Assembly: GCA_977020255.1 (NCBI GenBank)
Contig: CDROCS010001674.1
Location: forward strand, 124,001 to 188,000
Source: Obrimoposthia wandeli
Lineage: Eukaryota
Length of the DNA stretch: 64,000 nt
Reading direction: 5' to 3'
Below are positions 9,965-19,519 of the stretch, piece by piece (positions within the stretch are counted from its first letter, which is position 1; the number at the start of each line of letters is the position of its first letter). Position numbers and translations under genes: made by a program. The notes beneath the pieces are model-generated. The model was given only the letters and a program-made list of their open reading frames with translations, did not search any database and was not told the DNA's origin.

Positions 9965-10960
9965 CTATTTGTTAATAAGCTCATTGCCTGACAGCGTATT
10001 ACGACCAAATAATAAAATATTGTTGAGGGTCGTATCAGCAATATTGCCCAGTGCTTCTTCTGTTAGAAATGCTTGGTGTCCAGTGAATAAGACGTTGTGA
10101 CATGAAGATAAACGTCTAAATACATCATCTTTAATCACATCATTTGATTTATCTTGAAAGAATAAATCCTGTTCATTTTCATAAACATCAATACCCAAAG
10201 AACCAATTCTACTGGCTTTCAATGCTTCAATGGCATCGATAGAATTGAGTAGACCACCACGACTTGTGTTGATAATCATCACGCCATCACGCATTTGGTC
10301 AAAGGCATCGGCATTGAGCATATGATAATTTTCTTGGGTCATCGGGCAGTGCAAAGTAATCACATTGGCTTGGCGGTAGATATCTTCTAACGTGGTGTAA
10401 GTGACCCCTAATTCGATTGCAATAGGGTTTTCATACGGGTCGTAAGCAAGAATATTCATACCAAAGCCTTTGAGTATTCGAATTGTTGCAATACCTATTT
10501 TACCCGTTCCAATAACACCCACCGTTTTGCCATGAAAATTGAAGCCTGTTAACCCTTCTAAGGAAAAGTTAGCGTCACGAGTGCGTTGGTACGCACGGTG
10601 AATACGACGGTTTAAACTCAGCATAAGCCCAAGGGTATGCTCTGCAATGGCTTCTGGTGAATAGGCTGGAACACGAACAACTTGAATATTCAGTTTTTCA
10701 GCAGCATCAAGATCAACTTTATCAAAACCAGCACAGCGCATCGCAATGAGTCGAACACCGTGGTTGGCGAGTTCTTGAAGTACAGGTTGGCTTAAATCAT
10801 CGTTTACAAAAGCACAAACAGCATCGAACCCGTGCGCCATAACTGCCGTTTGTTGGGTTAAACGGAAATCAAAATATGTTAACTCATGCTGATAATGGCT
10901 ATTTATCAATTCAAAGGATTTTTGGTCATATTTTTTAGTGCTAAAGACTGCAACTTTCAT
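9965..10960 (-). CDS. ldhA: D-lactate dehydrogenase, NAD-dependent
   Basis: MKVAVFSTKKYD, RVPAYSP, GTGKIG, LHCP, INTSRG, TGHQAF; track start 10990. Confidence 0.93.
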   Translation of the reverse strand: MKVAVFSTKKYDQKSFELINSHYQHELTYFDFRLTQQTAVMAHGFDAVCAFVNDDLSQPVLQELANHGVRLIAMRCAGFDKVDLDAAEKLNIQVVRVPAYSPEAIAEHTLGLMLSLNRRIHRAYQRTRDANFSLEGLTGFNFHGKTVGVIGTGKIGIATIRILKGFGMNILAYDPYENPIAIELGVTYTTLEDIYRQANVITLHCPMTQENYHMLNADAFDQMRDGVMIINTSRGGLLNSIDAIEALKASRIGSLGIDVYENEQDLFFQDKSNDVIKDDVFRRLSSCHNVLFTGHQAFLTEEALGNIADTTLNNILLFGRNTLSGNELINK

Positions 10961-11035
10961 AAGGCTACCTTTTGGATAACTGTTATTCAATCGGATTAGT
11001 AAGCAAATACTTGACTAACCCGACAGGTTATTCTT

Positions 11036-11051
11036 TGTGATCAAGATAACA
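11036..11051. promoter_or_regulatory. Candidate CRP site upstream of ldhA
   Basis: TGTGA-TCAAGA-TAACA, 9/10 match to TGTGA-N6-TCACA. Confidence 0.55.
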
Positions 11052-11084
11052 CTTTATAACGGTTTCTAAAAGTTTGTATGACAA

Positions 11085-11585
11085 TTAAATATCAGATAAA
11101 GATAAACGATTGTCGCTTAGCGCCTGCATGATACGTTCAGTATTAAGCACTCTGATCCATGGCATTAAGTCTTTCTCATTCTCAATGATGTAAGTGGTTA
11201 ATTGATCAATTACAATTTCTTTTAATTTGTCGCCATTCCAAGGTTTTGAGACATAAAAATCGAGGCTAGCATTATTGACGGCTTGTATTGTTTCTTCTAA
11301 TCCAGCTTGGCCTGTTAATAATACTTTACGGGCTTTTTTCGTTTCAGGTTGTTGCTTTAACTCAATTAAAAAATCGATACCTTTTTCGCCGGGCATTATG
11401 TGATCGCATAAGATCAACGCCAGCGGGATATGATCTGTAATAGCGTCAGCAAGTACTTCTTTGGCTTCATCGACAGATTCTGCCGCTTCGATCATGAAGT
11501 GCTCTTCAAGTATGGCGAGATCATGAAATACGCTGTCTAATACTTCTCGTTCATCATCGACGCATAGGATGAGGTATTTGTTCAT
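11085..11585 (-). CDS. Single-domain response regulator (REC) with short C-terminal tail
   Basis: ILCVDD, ILCDHIMPG (phospho-Asp), VLLTG, SKPW; no HTH. Confidence 0.9.
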   Translation of the reverse strand: MNKYLILCVDDEREVLDSVFHDLAILEEHFMIEAAESVDEAKEVLADAITDHIPLALILCDHIMPGEKGIDFLIELKQQPETKKARKVLLTGQAGLEETIQAVNNASLDFYVSKPWNGDKLKEIVIDQLTTYIIENEKDLMPWIRVLNTERIMQALSDNRLSLSDI

Positions 11586-11595
11586 ATGCTCTCCG

Positions 11596-13530
11596 TTAGC
11601 TGCTGTGGTTAATCGGCAGCGTTACAATCATTCGAGTGTATTTATCGGGTTCAGACTCAACCCGAATTTCTCCATTATGTTGGTTGATTATTTGTTGGCA
11701 AACCGACAAGCCAATACCCAGTCCGAAATTTCCTTCTCGCTTAGTGGTGTAATTTAATTCAAATATTTTTTTCTGTTGCTCTGGAAGAATGCCTTTGCCA
11801 TTGTCTTCGACAATAATGTCCATCAACTGCTTGTGACTACCGGGTGAAAATTGGGTTTTGATTCGAATTTCACCGGGTTCAGTAACTGCATCTAACGCGT
11901 TTGCAATTAGGTTGGTCCATACTTGCTGTAGTGCAATGGGTTGGCAAGTAAAAAGGGGAAATTGAGTATATTCTTTAATCACCTGATGGCGCTTTAAACG
12001 GTTATCAAAAATAACTAACGTATCTTCTATCCCTTCATGAACATCTACGGTGTGCGTACTTTCATCATCTTGTCTGGCATAACTTTTTAGGCTTTTGACT
12101 AAATCAGCAATACGTTGTGCGCAAACATTAATCGAGCGTAGAAAGTTGCCCATTTGATAATAGTTTTCCCATTCGCCCATCACTTCTTTTAATTGATTTT
12201 TTTGCGGTAATAGCCAGAGTGAAAGGTGCTCATGATCATCAATACCCATCTGAACCACTTTGCGTGCAAGTTGGCGATCACCCAGCTGGTTTTCTAATTG
12301 CCGTGCACGTTGGCGTGTTTCTGATGTGGATAACGGTCTCGATTGCATCGCTTGTTGCAGAATATGATTACCGCGTCTTTGGTTTTCTAAACTGAGCGTA
12401 GATTCAGTAAGCTTTCCGATAGTTTCTTGAAGTGTTTCACTGCCTCTTAAAATCGCAGATACCGGATTATTAAGCTCATGTGCAACACCTGCGACCAATT
12501 GACCGAGAATCGCCATTTTTTCTTGTTCAACAAGTTGTAAGTGAGCGTTATCGAGTGATTTTAACGTTTGCTGTAATCGTAGTTCCGTTTTAATACTGCC
12601 TTGTAAGCGACGATTAAAATTACGTAATAGAAGGTTGGTAAAAAGGGGTAATAGTTCATTACGTGAATTCATGACCTTGGTAAATAACTGACGATCAAGC
12701 TTGATTACGTCTGTCTTTCCTAGGGTGATAACGGTCGAAAATGAGGCTTCACCAGTTACAAAAGACATGCCTCCTACTAAATGCCCGGCACCAACGCGAA
12801 CAACCTCGTGTTTGCATCCTTCTTCATCTGCTTTATATAAAGCGACTTCCCCTTGAGTAATTAACCAGAGAAAATTATTCGATGTACCTTCTTTTGTTAA
12901 TAAGTGTCCTTCGCTATATGTGCGGCACGCTCGGCTTTCATCGTTACCATTAAAAAAGTCATGTAAAGCATCGGCTACTTGTTTTGCCAGTGCTGTGTCG
13001 TCAAGGCTGTTGGTCTTTTGAATAAAGCCGGATCGAAAATTAGACATCTGACTGTCAATATGGGCCTTAAGAATGCGGCGATGATCGAGAATGCGACTGT
13101 ACTGCAACCAATCTTCTTGCGGGTTTTTAAGAAGGTATGTCGTTAATTCTTTAATCAATACACGATTAAGCTCTTCTTTATTCCAAGGCTTGGTGAGGCA
13201 GTAATTGAGCCGACCTTCATTAACTGCCTGCATGATGGTATCAAGCTGAGGTTTATCATTAAGGAGAATAGTTCGGGCTTTTTTTGTTACAGGGTGTTGA
13301 TCTAGCTGAATAATAAAATCAACGCCATTTTCACTGCCTAGCTCGTTATCACAGATAACCATTGCCGCTCGTTGGTCATTTTGCGCGATAAACTCAAGTG
13401 TTTCATGCGCTTCCTCTATGCTTTCTGCACTAATAATATCGAACAGGTTAGCAAAAGGGACCAGCTCTCTGCTTAACTGTTCAATGATCCTTGGATCATC
13501 ATCAAGGCATAAAATGACAAAACTATTCAC
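11596..13530 (-). CDS. Cytoplasmic hybrid kinase: REC - cNMP-binding - HisKA - HATPase
   Basis: N-terminal ILCLDD/ICD/TKPW; GEVAL..VGGMSFV cNMP barrel; AGVAHELNNP H-box; QVWTNLIANA, DNGKGI, GLGIGLS; no TM segment. Confidence 0.85.
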   Translation of the reverse strand: MNSFVILCLDDDPRIIEQLSRELVPFANLFDIISAESIEEAHETLEFIAQNDQRAAMVICDNELGSENGVDFIIQLDQHPVTKKARTILLNDKPQLDTIMQAVNEGRLNYCLTKPWNKEELNRVLIKELTTYLLKNPQEDWLQYSRILDHRRILKAHIDSQMSNFRSGFIQKTNSLDDTALAKQVADALHDFFNGNDESRACRTYSEGHLLTKEGTSNNFLWLITQGEVALYKADEEGCKHEVVRVGAGHLVGGMSFVTGEASFSTVITLGKTDVIKLDRQLFTKVMNSRNELLPLFTNLLLRNFNRRLQGSIKTELRLQQTLKSLDNAHLQLVEQEKMAILGQLVAGVAHELNNPVSAILRGSETLQETIGKLTESTLSLENQRRGNHILQQAMQSRPLSTSETRQRARQLENQLGDRQLARKVVQMGIDDHEHLSLWLLPQKNQLKEVMGEWENYYQMGNFLRSINVCAQRIADLVKSLKSYARQDDESTHTVDVHEGIEDTLVIFDNRLKRHQVIKEYTQFPLFTCQPIALQQVWTNLIANALDAVTEPGEIRIKTQFSPGSHKQLMDIIVEDNGKGILPEQQKKIFELNYTTKREGNFGLGIGLSVCQQIINQHNGEIRVESEPDKYTRMIVTLPINHSS

Positions 13531-13716
13531 CCTTGTATCCTTATAAACTTCATTGGCTTTAAAAGTGTAGAATAATTCGCCATATTGGACTGAGAGCCAT
13601 CTAGCAAACCTGCAACTATTACCTCTTTACTGTTTGATTCATAGAGGATATCGATACCTCATTATCGTTGTTTGTAATAAACTAGCTGTGTTTATAAAAT
13701 TATTTTAGGAAGTGAT

Positions 13717-15027
13717 ATGTTGAAGAAAGCGGCTGCCGGTGCGGGTGCAGTATTAATTGTGCTGTGTTGGCCTTTTGCAACTGGCCAGATTGGAGAACGA
13801 ATTTATCTGGATACAGTCGGAAAATATGATAGCCCTTATGTAAGTATCACCAGTGAAAACTACGATCGTGGTTACTTGTCTTCTGATGTCGTTTCTCGTA
13901 TTGAAATCAAAGATGCATTTAAGCCTTTATTTGAAGAAGAAGGTTTGCCAACTGTTTGGCACATTGATAGCAAAGTGACGCATGGCGTATTTGGTATTTC
14001 ATCTAAAAGTCAGCTAGTACTTGATGATGATTTAAAACCGATTAGCGCTGAAATCTGGGGAGAAGGTGTCACACCTGTCACCTTTACGGCGTCAACAGCG
14101 CTTACACGTAAAACAGATTTTACGATCACGGTTAATCCTGTTTCTTATGTTGAAGAACTAGGGGCTAAAGCGGATATCAGTGCGCTAGTACTAAAAGGCA
14201 TGGTGGATGCGAAAGGTTATGGTGAATTTGAATACGCCTTACCAGAAGCGAAGCTTACTACGACTGCGAATGAAGCGATGGTGCTTAATGGTTTATCAGG
14301 CAGTGCGAAAGGCATGCTTGATGGTCAGTTCTGGATTGGTAATCAGGATTTTGCATTAAAAAGTGTTAGCTTTGTTGATCAGATAAATGAGATGCAAGTG
14401 TCTCTTGAAGACATGAGTGTTGGTATGAGCAACGTATTAACGCAAGCTGATGCGAAATCATCTGACACCAACGATCAGATAATGACCAATACCAATACTG
14501 CAACAATTGGTAAAATTGTGTCTTTAAATGGTGACGAATATACCAATCTGAACTTCAAATTAGCGTTCTCTGACTTGAATTATTCTGCGCTAAGCCGCTT
14601 GGGTGATATGGCTGATAATTTGAACGAAAATATGACCCCAGAGCAGGCGCAAGAAGCGGCATTAGCGCTTGATTTATTGGTTGCCAAAGGCTTAAAAATT
14701 AATCTTGAAGATTTAAGCGTTACAACCCCACAAGGTGATGTGAGTAGTCATATTACTTTAGGCGTTGCGCCTGGTCTTGCTCGTGCTTCTGAAAACATGG
14801 CTAACATTTCTGAAAAACTATCGGGTCAAATTAATTTAATTTTGCCTCAGGCAATTGTAGATCAAGATCCAATGCTTTTGGAAAGAGCCAAAATGATGGA
14901 GCAGGGTGGCGTGGTTGTACTTGAAGACGGAAACTATAAACTTCAAATGCAAATTAAAGGCGATCAAATTGTTCTAGCATCGGGTGATCAGTTACCGATT
15001 GCGATGTTATTGATGTTATTTATGTAA
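13717..15027 (+). CDS. YdgA / DUF945 family protein
   Basis: N-terminal anchor AGAVLIVLCWPFATG, YDRGYLSS, length ~440 aa. Confidence 0.75.
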   Translation: MLKKAAAGAGAVLIVLCWPFATGQIGERIYLDTVGKYDSPYVSITSENYDRGYLSSDVVSRIEIKDAFKPLFEEEGLPTVWHIDSKVTHGVFGISSKSQLVLDDDLKPISAEIWGEGVTPVTFTASTALTRKTDFTITVNPVSYVEELGAKADISALVLKGMVDAKGYGEFEYALPEAKLTTTANEAMVLNGLSGSAKGMLDGQFWIGNQDFALKSVSFVDQINEMQVSLEDMSVGMSNVLTQADAKSSDTNDQIMTNTNTATIGKIVSLNGDEYTNLNFKLAFSDLNYSALSRLGDMADNLNENMTPEQAQEAALALDLLVAKGLKINLEDLSVTTPQGDVSSHITLGVAPGLARASENMANISEKLSGQINLILPQAIVDQDPMLLERAKMMEQGGVVVLEDGNYKLQMQIKGDQIVLASGDQLPIAMLLMLFM

Positions 15028-15082
15028 GCACTTTGATGCAGCCAAGTCTCGCTGCTGAATAATGGCATGGTACATGCTGTAT

Positions 15083-15124
15083 CCCTTCTGTTTACTAATC
15101 ATTAGTGAGCAGAAGGGCTTTTTT
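15083..15124 (+). terminator. Terminator after ydgA-like gene
   Basis: CCCTTCTGTTTACTAAT-C-ATTAGTGAGCAGAAGGG then CTTTTTT. Confidence 0.7.
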
Positions 15125-15304
15125 ATACGTGAAAAACAGCTATTTCGTTGATTGATAGTTTTTAGCTATCAATAAAATTAGTAATTTCGATTTAGTGTTT
15201 TCAAGGAAATAGACGACACTTAGGTTATCGGAGCAGGTGTCCGGCAATAATAAAAAGGCTCGTAACTTGTTTATCTTGTTATAACAATAGGTTTTGGGGG
15301 ATGT

Positions 15305-15721
15305 ATGGAATCATTAAAAGTTAAAGATTATATGAATCGTCGACCAGTCACATTTGATAAGCATATGTCGCTATCGGTCGCGCTTGATAAGCTGCTCACT
15401 GCTAAGCAGATTGGTGGGCCAGTAATCGATGATCAAAAACGTGTTGTTGGCTTTTTGTCTGAACAAGATATGATTCATAAGCTATTGAAGGTGGGTTATC
15501 ACTGTCAAGATACGCACAATGTCAATGACTGCATGCGACCGGATGTACTGACTGTTTCACCTGAAGATTCAATTATTGAACTCGCAGAGGTAATGTCTGG
15601 TCAAAAACCAAAAATCTATCCAGTCGTTAATAATGGACAATTGGTTGGGGTGATCACTCGTCGTGATGTATTAACGGCAATTAGTACCCAGATTGGAGCA
15701 TGCTTTAAGCACCCAGTTTGA
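15305..15721 (+). CDS. Stand-alone CBS-pair protein
   Basis: GGPVID...VVGFLSEQD and YPVV..GQLVGVITRRD. Confidence 0.9.
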   Translation: MESLKVKDYMNRRPVTFDKHMSLSVALDKLLTAKQIGGPVIDDQKRVVGFLSEQDMIHKLLKVGYHCQDTHNVNDCMRPDVLTVSPEDSIIELAEVMSGQKPKIYPVVNNGQLVGVITRRDVLTAISTQIGACFKHPV

Positions 15722-15751
15722 TTTTAAGTCTATGACGATTAAGACAGTTAT

Positions 15752-15776
15752 AAAAAGGCGCTTTGTGCGCCTTTTT
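15752..15776 (+). terminator. Terminator after CBS gene
   Basis: AAAAAGGCGC-TTTGT-GCGCCTTTTT. Confidence 0.8.
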
Positions 15777-15816
15777 AGGATCGGGCAATAACGACAGAGA
15801 TGAATGTATCAAGTGG

Positions 15817-15981
15817 TAATACCAATCTAGATAAGTTTCTGATCATCCTTGCTGGTTAAAATCACTTATAACTACGTTAGAAATTTTATAATTAGAGCCA
15901 CTATTCACTGCAATTTCTGTCTTGTTATTATCAATTTTTTCTGCGCAATTTTCTGACCATTTACTTACCTAGAATGGTATA
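15817..15981 (+). mobile_element. Family-1 MITE-like element, 165 bp, apparently full length
   Basis: Imperfect TIRs TAATACCAATCTAGATAAGT ... ACTTACCTAGAATGGTATA; body matches 28070-28235; no ORF. Confidence 0.8.
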
Positions 15982-16014
15982 AAAGCTGTTAACTATAAAA
16001 AGAATGGAGTGCAT

Positions 16015-17508
16015 GTGGCACAAACGTCAGAAGCGAAAGATCCCTCACATAACACGCACGCGAAGTTTGTAACTGGCTCGCCCATGCGCCACATTGTCGT
16101 CATGTCAGGCACTGGGGCTATTGGTTTAATGGCACTGTTCTTGGTCGATCTACTCGACATGCTGTTTATTAGTATGTTGGGTGAGGTTGAACTTGCGGCA
16201 GCTATTGGTTTCGCGGGCACATTAGTTTTCTTTTCGATATCAGCTTCTATTGGTACCTCTATTGCGGCTGGTGCACTTGTTTCAAGGGCGTTAGGCGCAC
16301 AAAAGCGCGATGAAGCTAGAATACTAACTGTTAATGTGATGATATTTGCCTTTATCATCAGCGCAATTCTAGTAACGGTTATGCTTTGGCAGCTGCCAGT
16401 ATTATTAAGCATGATTGGTGCGAAAGGGCGCGTAGCTGAAGTTGCTACCCAATATTTGGTTATCTTACTGCCGAGCGCCCCTTTAATAGCTATTTCAATG
16501 TCAGCGGGGGCTGCACTTCGTGGAGTCGGGGATGCCCGACGCTCTATGGTCGCTACATTAATTGGTGGCGGTGTAAACGCAATATTGGACCCAATACTCA
16601 TATTTGGGTTATCAATGGGGGTGCAAGGGGCGGCAATTGCATCAGTCTTTGCGCGTTTAGCGGTAATGATCTTTTCGCTCTATGCGGTTATTTACAAGCA
16701 TAACCTAGTGGCAAAACCAGACTTTAGTGTCTTTAAATCATACATTCCAACCATATATAAAATTGCTATTCCTGCCATATTAACCAATACCGCAACACCA
16801 ATAGGTAATGCCATTGTTACCAGTAATATTGCTCAATTTGGTGAGAATTATGTCGCGGGCTACGCTGTGATTGGTCGAATCATGCCAGTATGTTTCGCGT
16901 TGGTTTTCTCATTATCTGGTGCGGTTGGCCCTATTATTGGACAAAACTTCGGGGCAGGTCATTGGGATCGTATTAATCGCACGTTACGCGACGCGATGTT
17001 ATTTACCTCTCTCTATTGTGTCTTGGTCTCAATTCTATTGTGGCTAGGGCAAGATTTGCTTATTGGTATGTTTAGTCTACAAGGTGATTCCGCCGAAATT
17101 GTGATGATCTTTTGTTCTTTTGTGGCGATTACCTTCATTTTTAATGGTGCGCTGTTTGTGGCAAATGCTGCTTTCAATAACTTAAATCGTCCTACATGGT
17201 CAACGGCATTGAATATGGGTAAAGCAACTATAGGTACGATTCCATTTGTTATTCTTGGTGGTCAACTTGCAGGCGCTGGTGGAGTATTAATGGGTCAGGC
17301 GGTAGGCTCTATTGTGTTCGGTGTCTTGGGCTATTTTTTAGTGATTCGCCAAGTAAAAAAAATGGGGCAAGATCATGAACATAAACAGCAAGAATTGGAA
17401 GTGCTAGAGCCAAGTATACCAATGACACCATTTTGTTCTTCTCGTACTTATATGGCATCAGAAGATGTACTGGAAGAGACCTTAAACAAGGAAACTAAAT
17501 CGCAATAA
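16015..17508 (+). CDS. MATE-family efflux transporter
   Basis: ~12 TM, VDLLDMLFIS, LRGVGDARR, NAILDPILIFG; GTG 16015 is better spaced from GGAG than track start 16009. Confidence 0.9.
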   Translation: MAQTSEAKDPSHNTHAKFVTGSPMRHIVVMSGTGAIGLMALFLVDLLDMLFISMLGEVELAAAIGFAGTLVFFSISASIGTSIAAGALVSRALGAQKRDEARILTVNVMIFAFIISAILVTVMLWQLPVLLSMIGAKGRVAEVATQYLVILLPSAPLIAISMSAGAALRGVGDARRSMVATLIGGGVNAILDPILIFGLSMGVQGAAIASVFARLAVMIFSLYAVIYKHNLVAKPDFSVFKSYIPTIYKIAIPAILTNTATPIGNAIVTSNIAQFGENYVAGYAVIGRIMPVCFALVFSLSGAVGPIIGQNFGAGHWDRINRTLRDAMLFTSLYCVLVSILLWLGQDLLIGMFSLQGDSAEIVMIFCSFVAITFIFNGALFVANAAFNNLNRPTWSTALNMGKATIGTIPFVILGGQLAGAGGVLMGQAVGSIVFGVLGYFLVIRQVKKMGQDHEHKQQELEVLEPSIPMTPFCSSRTYMASEDVLEETLNKETKSQ

Positions 17509-17690
17509 TGTCTTTAGTGATTAAATAAGTTCGTATTGAAACTCAGATGTAATAGTAACTGATATGCACTTCTAACGAACATCACAGCACCAATGCCATG
17601 AATAGAATCTACCCGAGCGCTTTTAACAATATTTGTTGAAGGCGCTTTTTGTTGAAAGTACTTTTGTTTATATAGCGATTTTCAGTTAAA

Positions 17691-17735
17691 GGTGACATAA
17701 GTCACGGTTTGAGCCTGTTTGTGATTTAGATCTCT
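17691..17735. promoter_or_regulatory. Two candidate CRP sites upstream of the SLC13 operon
   Basis: GGTGA-N6-TCACG (17691-17706) and TGTGA-N6-TCTCT (17720-17735). Confidence 0.45.
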
Positions 17736-18083
17736 ATTTTTACCACTTTCCTGATTTAATTCCTTGTATATGAACAATCGGAATTATAAGTAATTCATTA
17801 AAACTTACTTACATTTTACAAAATCATTGATCTATAACGGAGACAAATACCCCTTTTACACTCAAAATGAATACTACTAAAATATTTGATTAGTTGTTGA
17901 TTATGGTTAGGTTATCAAATCAGCAATGAAATACAGCTTTCGATGTCATTTCAACAACAAAAACGACTATTTATATGTTCAATACCAACGTTGTATTGCG
18001 TGAGAATAATAAATGGCCATAAAGGAATAGACCGAAGCTGTACACAACAGATTCATTTTTTGTTTTAAGGGAATAACACCATT

Positions 18084-19499
18084 ATGCGTCAGTACATGAA
18101 GTACATAATACCAATTTTAATTCCACTCATTATCTTATTACTACCAGCGTCAGCATTTCCTGTTGAAGGGCTTACTATTATTCAACAACGTGTTATCGCT
18201 ATTTTCTTACTGGCTGCATTATGTTGGGTACTTGAACCAATCCCTATCTATGCAACGTCAGTGGTTATTATTGTACTTGAGCTGTTATTGCTTTCTGATA
18301 AAGGGTTATACCTGTTCCGTCAGGATGAGGGGCAAGCACATTTCGGTGAATTATTAGTGTCTAGCGACATTATGGCAACGTTCTCTAGCCCTATTATTAT
18401 GTTGTTTTTAGGGGGCTTTTTCCTTGCAATGGCGGCAACCAAATACCGCCTTGACGTTAACCTTGCGCGTGTACTGTTAAAGCCGTTTGGTACCCAGCCT
18501 AAATATGTCATGTTCGGACTGATGTTGATCACCGCTATTTTTTCGATGTTTATGTCGAATACCGCCACCACGGCGATGATGCTGTCTATTCTTGCGCCAG
18601 TCATTGCGTTATTTGGCGTGAAAGATCCGGGTAAAATAGCCTTTGCACTTTGTGTACCTGTTGCTGCGAATATTGGTGGTATTGGTACGCCGATTGGCAC
18701 CCCACCGAATGCGATCGCATTGAAGTATATATCAGAAGATAACATGATCTCGTTTGGAGAATGGATGTTCTTTGGTGTGCCTTTTGTCGCTATCTTACTC
18801 GTATTTGCATGGTTTCTTATCAACTACCTTTACCCAGCTAAGCAAGAGAAAATTGAACTGACCATTAAGGGTAAGTTTCTTAAAACACCGAAAGCAATCA
18901 CGGTATACATTACTTTTGGTTTAACCATTTTATTGTGGTTAATGGGTTCATCACACGGTATGAATTCTTACACTGTTGCACTTATCCCTGTCGCGATATT
19001 TTCATTAACAGGCATCATCAATAAAGAAGATCTGAAGAAGATTTCTTGGGATGTGCTTTGGTTAGTTTCTGGTGGTATCGCGCTTGGTTTAGCACTTGAT
19101 CAAACGGGGTTAGCTCGCCTTATGGTGAATAGCATCCCATTTGATAACTACTCGCCATATGTTGTGTTAGCGGGGGCTGCGGTATTGTGTTTATTGATGG
19201 CCAACTTCATGTCTCATACGGCAACGGCTAACTTGTTAATGCCAATAATGGCGGCGTTAGGCACATCCATGACCTCACTCACGCCATTGGGTGGTGAAAT
19301 CACACTTATTCTAGTAGTTACTTTTGCGGCTTCTCTTGGTATGTCTTTACCTATTAGTACGCCACCGAATGCGTTAGCGCATGCGACAGGTCATGTTCAA
19401 AGTAATCAGATGGCACGTGTAGGTGTCATTATTGGTATTGTTGGTGTGCTAATGAGTTTCGTGATGATTTGGTTATTACACCTTATTGATCATATTTAA
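18084..19499 (+). CDS. SLC13/DASS (divalent anion:Na+ symporter) family permease
   Basis: MFMSNTATT, PIGTPPN, FMSHTAT, LPISTPPNA hairpin motifs. Confidence 0.9.
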   Translation: MRQYMKYIIPILIPLIILLLPASAFPVEGLTIIQQRVIAIFLLAALCWVLEPIPIYATSVVIIVLELLLLSDKGLYLFRQDEGQAHFGELLVSSDIMATFSSPIIMLFLGGFFLAMAATKYRLDVNLARVLLKPFGTQPKYVMFGLMLITAIFSMFMSNTATTAMMLSILAPVIALFGVKDPGKIAFALCVPVAANIGGIGTPIGTPPNAIALKYISEDNMISFGEWMFFGVPFVAILLVFAWFLINYLYPAKQEKIELTIKGKFLKTPKAITVYITFGLTILLWLMGSSHGMNSYTVALIPVAIFSLTGIINKEDLKKISWDVLWLVSGGIALGLALDQTGLARLMVNSIPFDNYSPYVVLAGAAVLCLLMANFMSHTATANLLMPIMAALGTSMTSLTPLGGEITLILVVTFAASLGMSLPISTPPNALAHATGHVQSNQMARVGVIIGIVGVLMSFVMIWLLHLIDHI

Positions 19500-19519
19500 T
19501 AAGTGCTTAAAGGGGTGTA

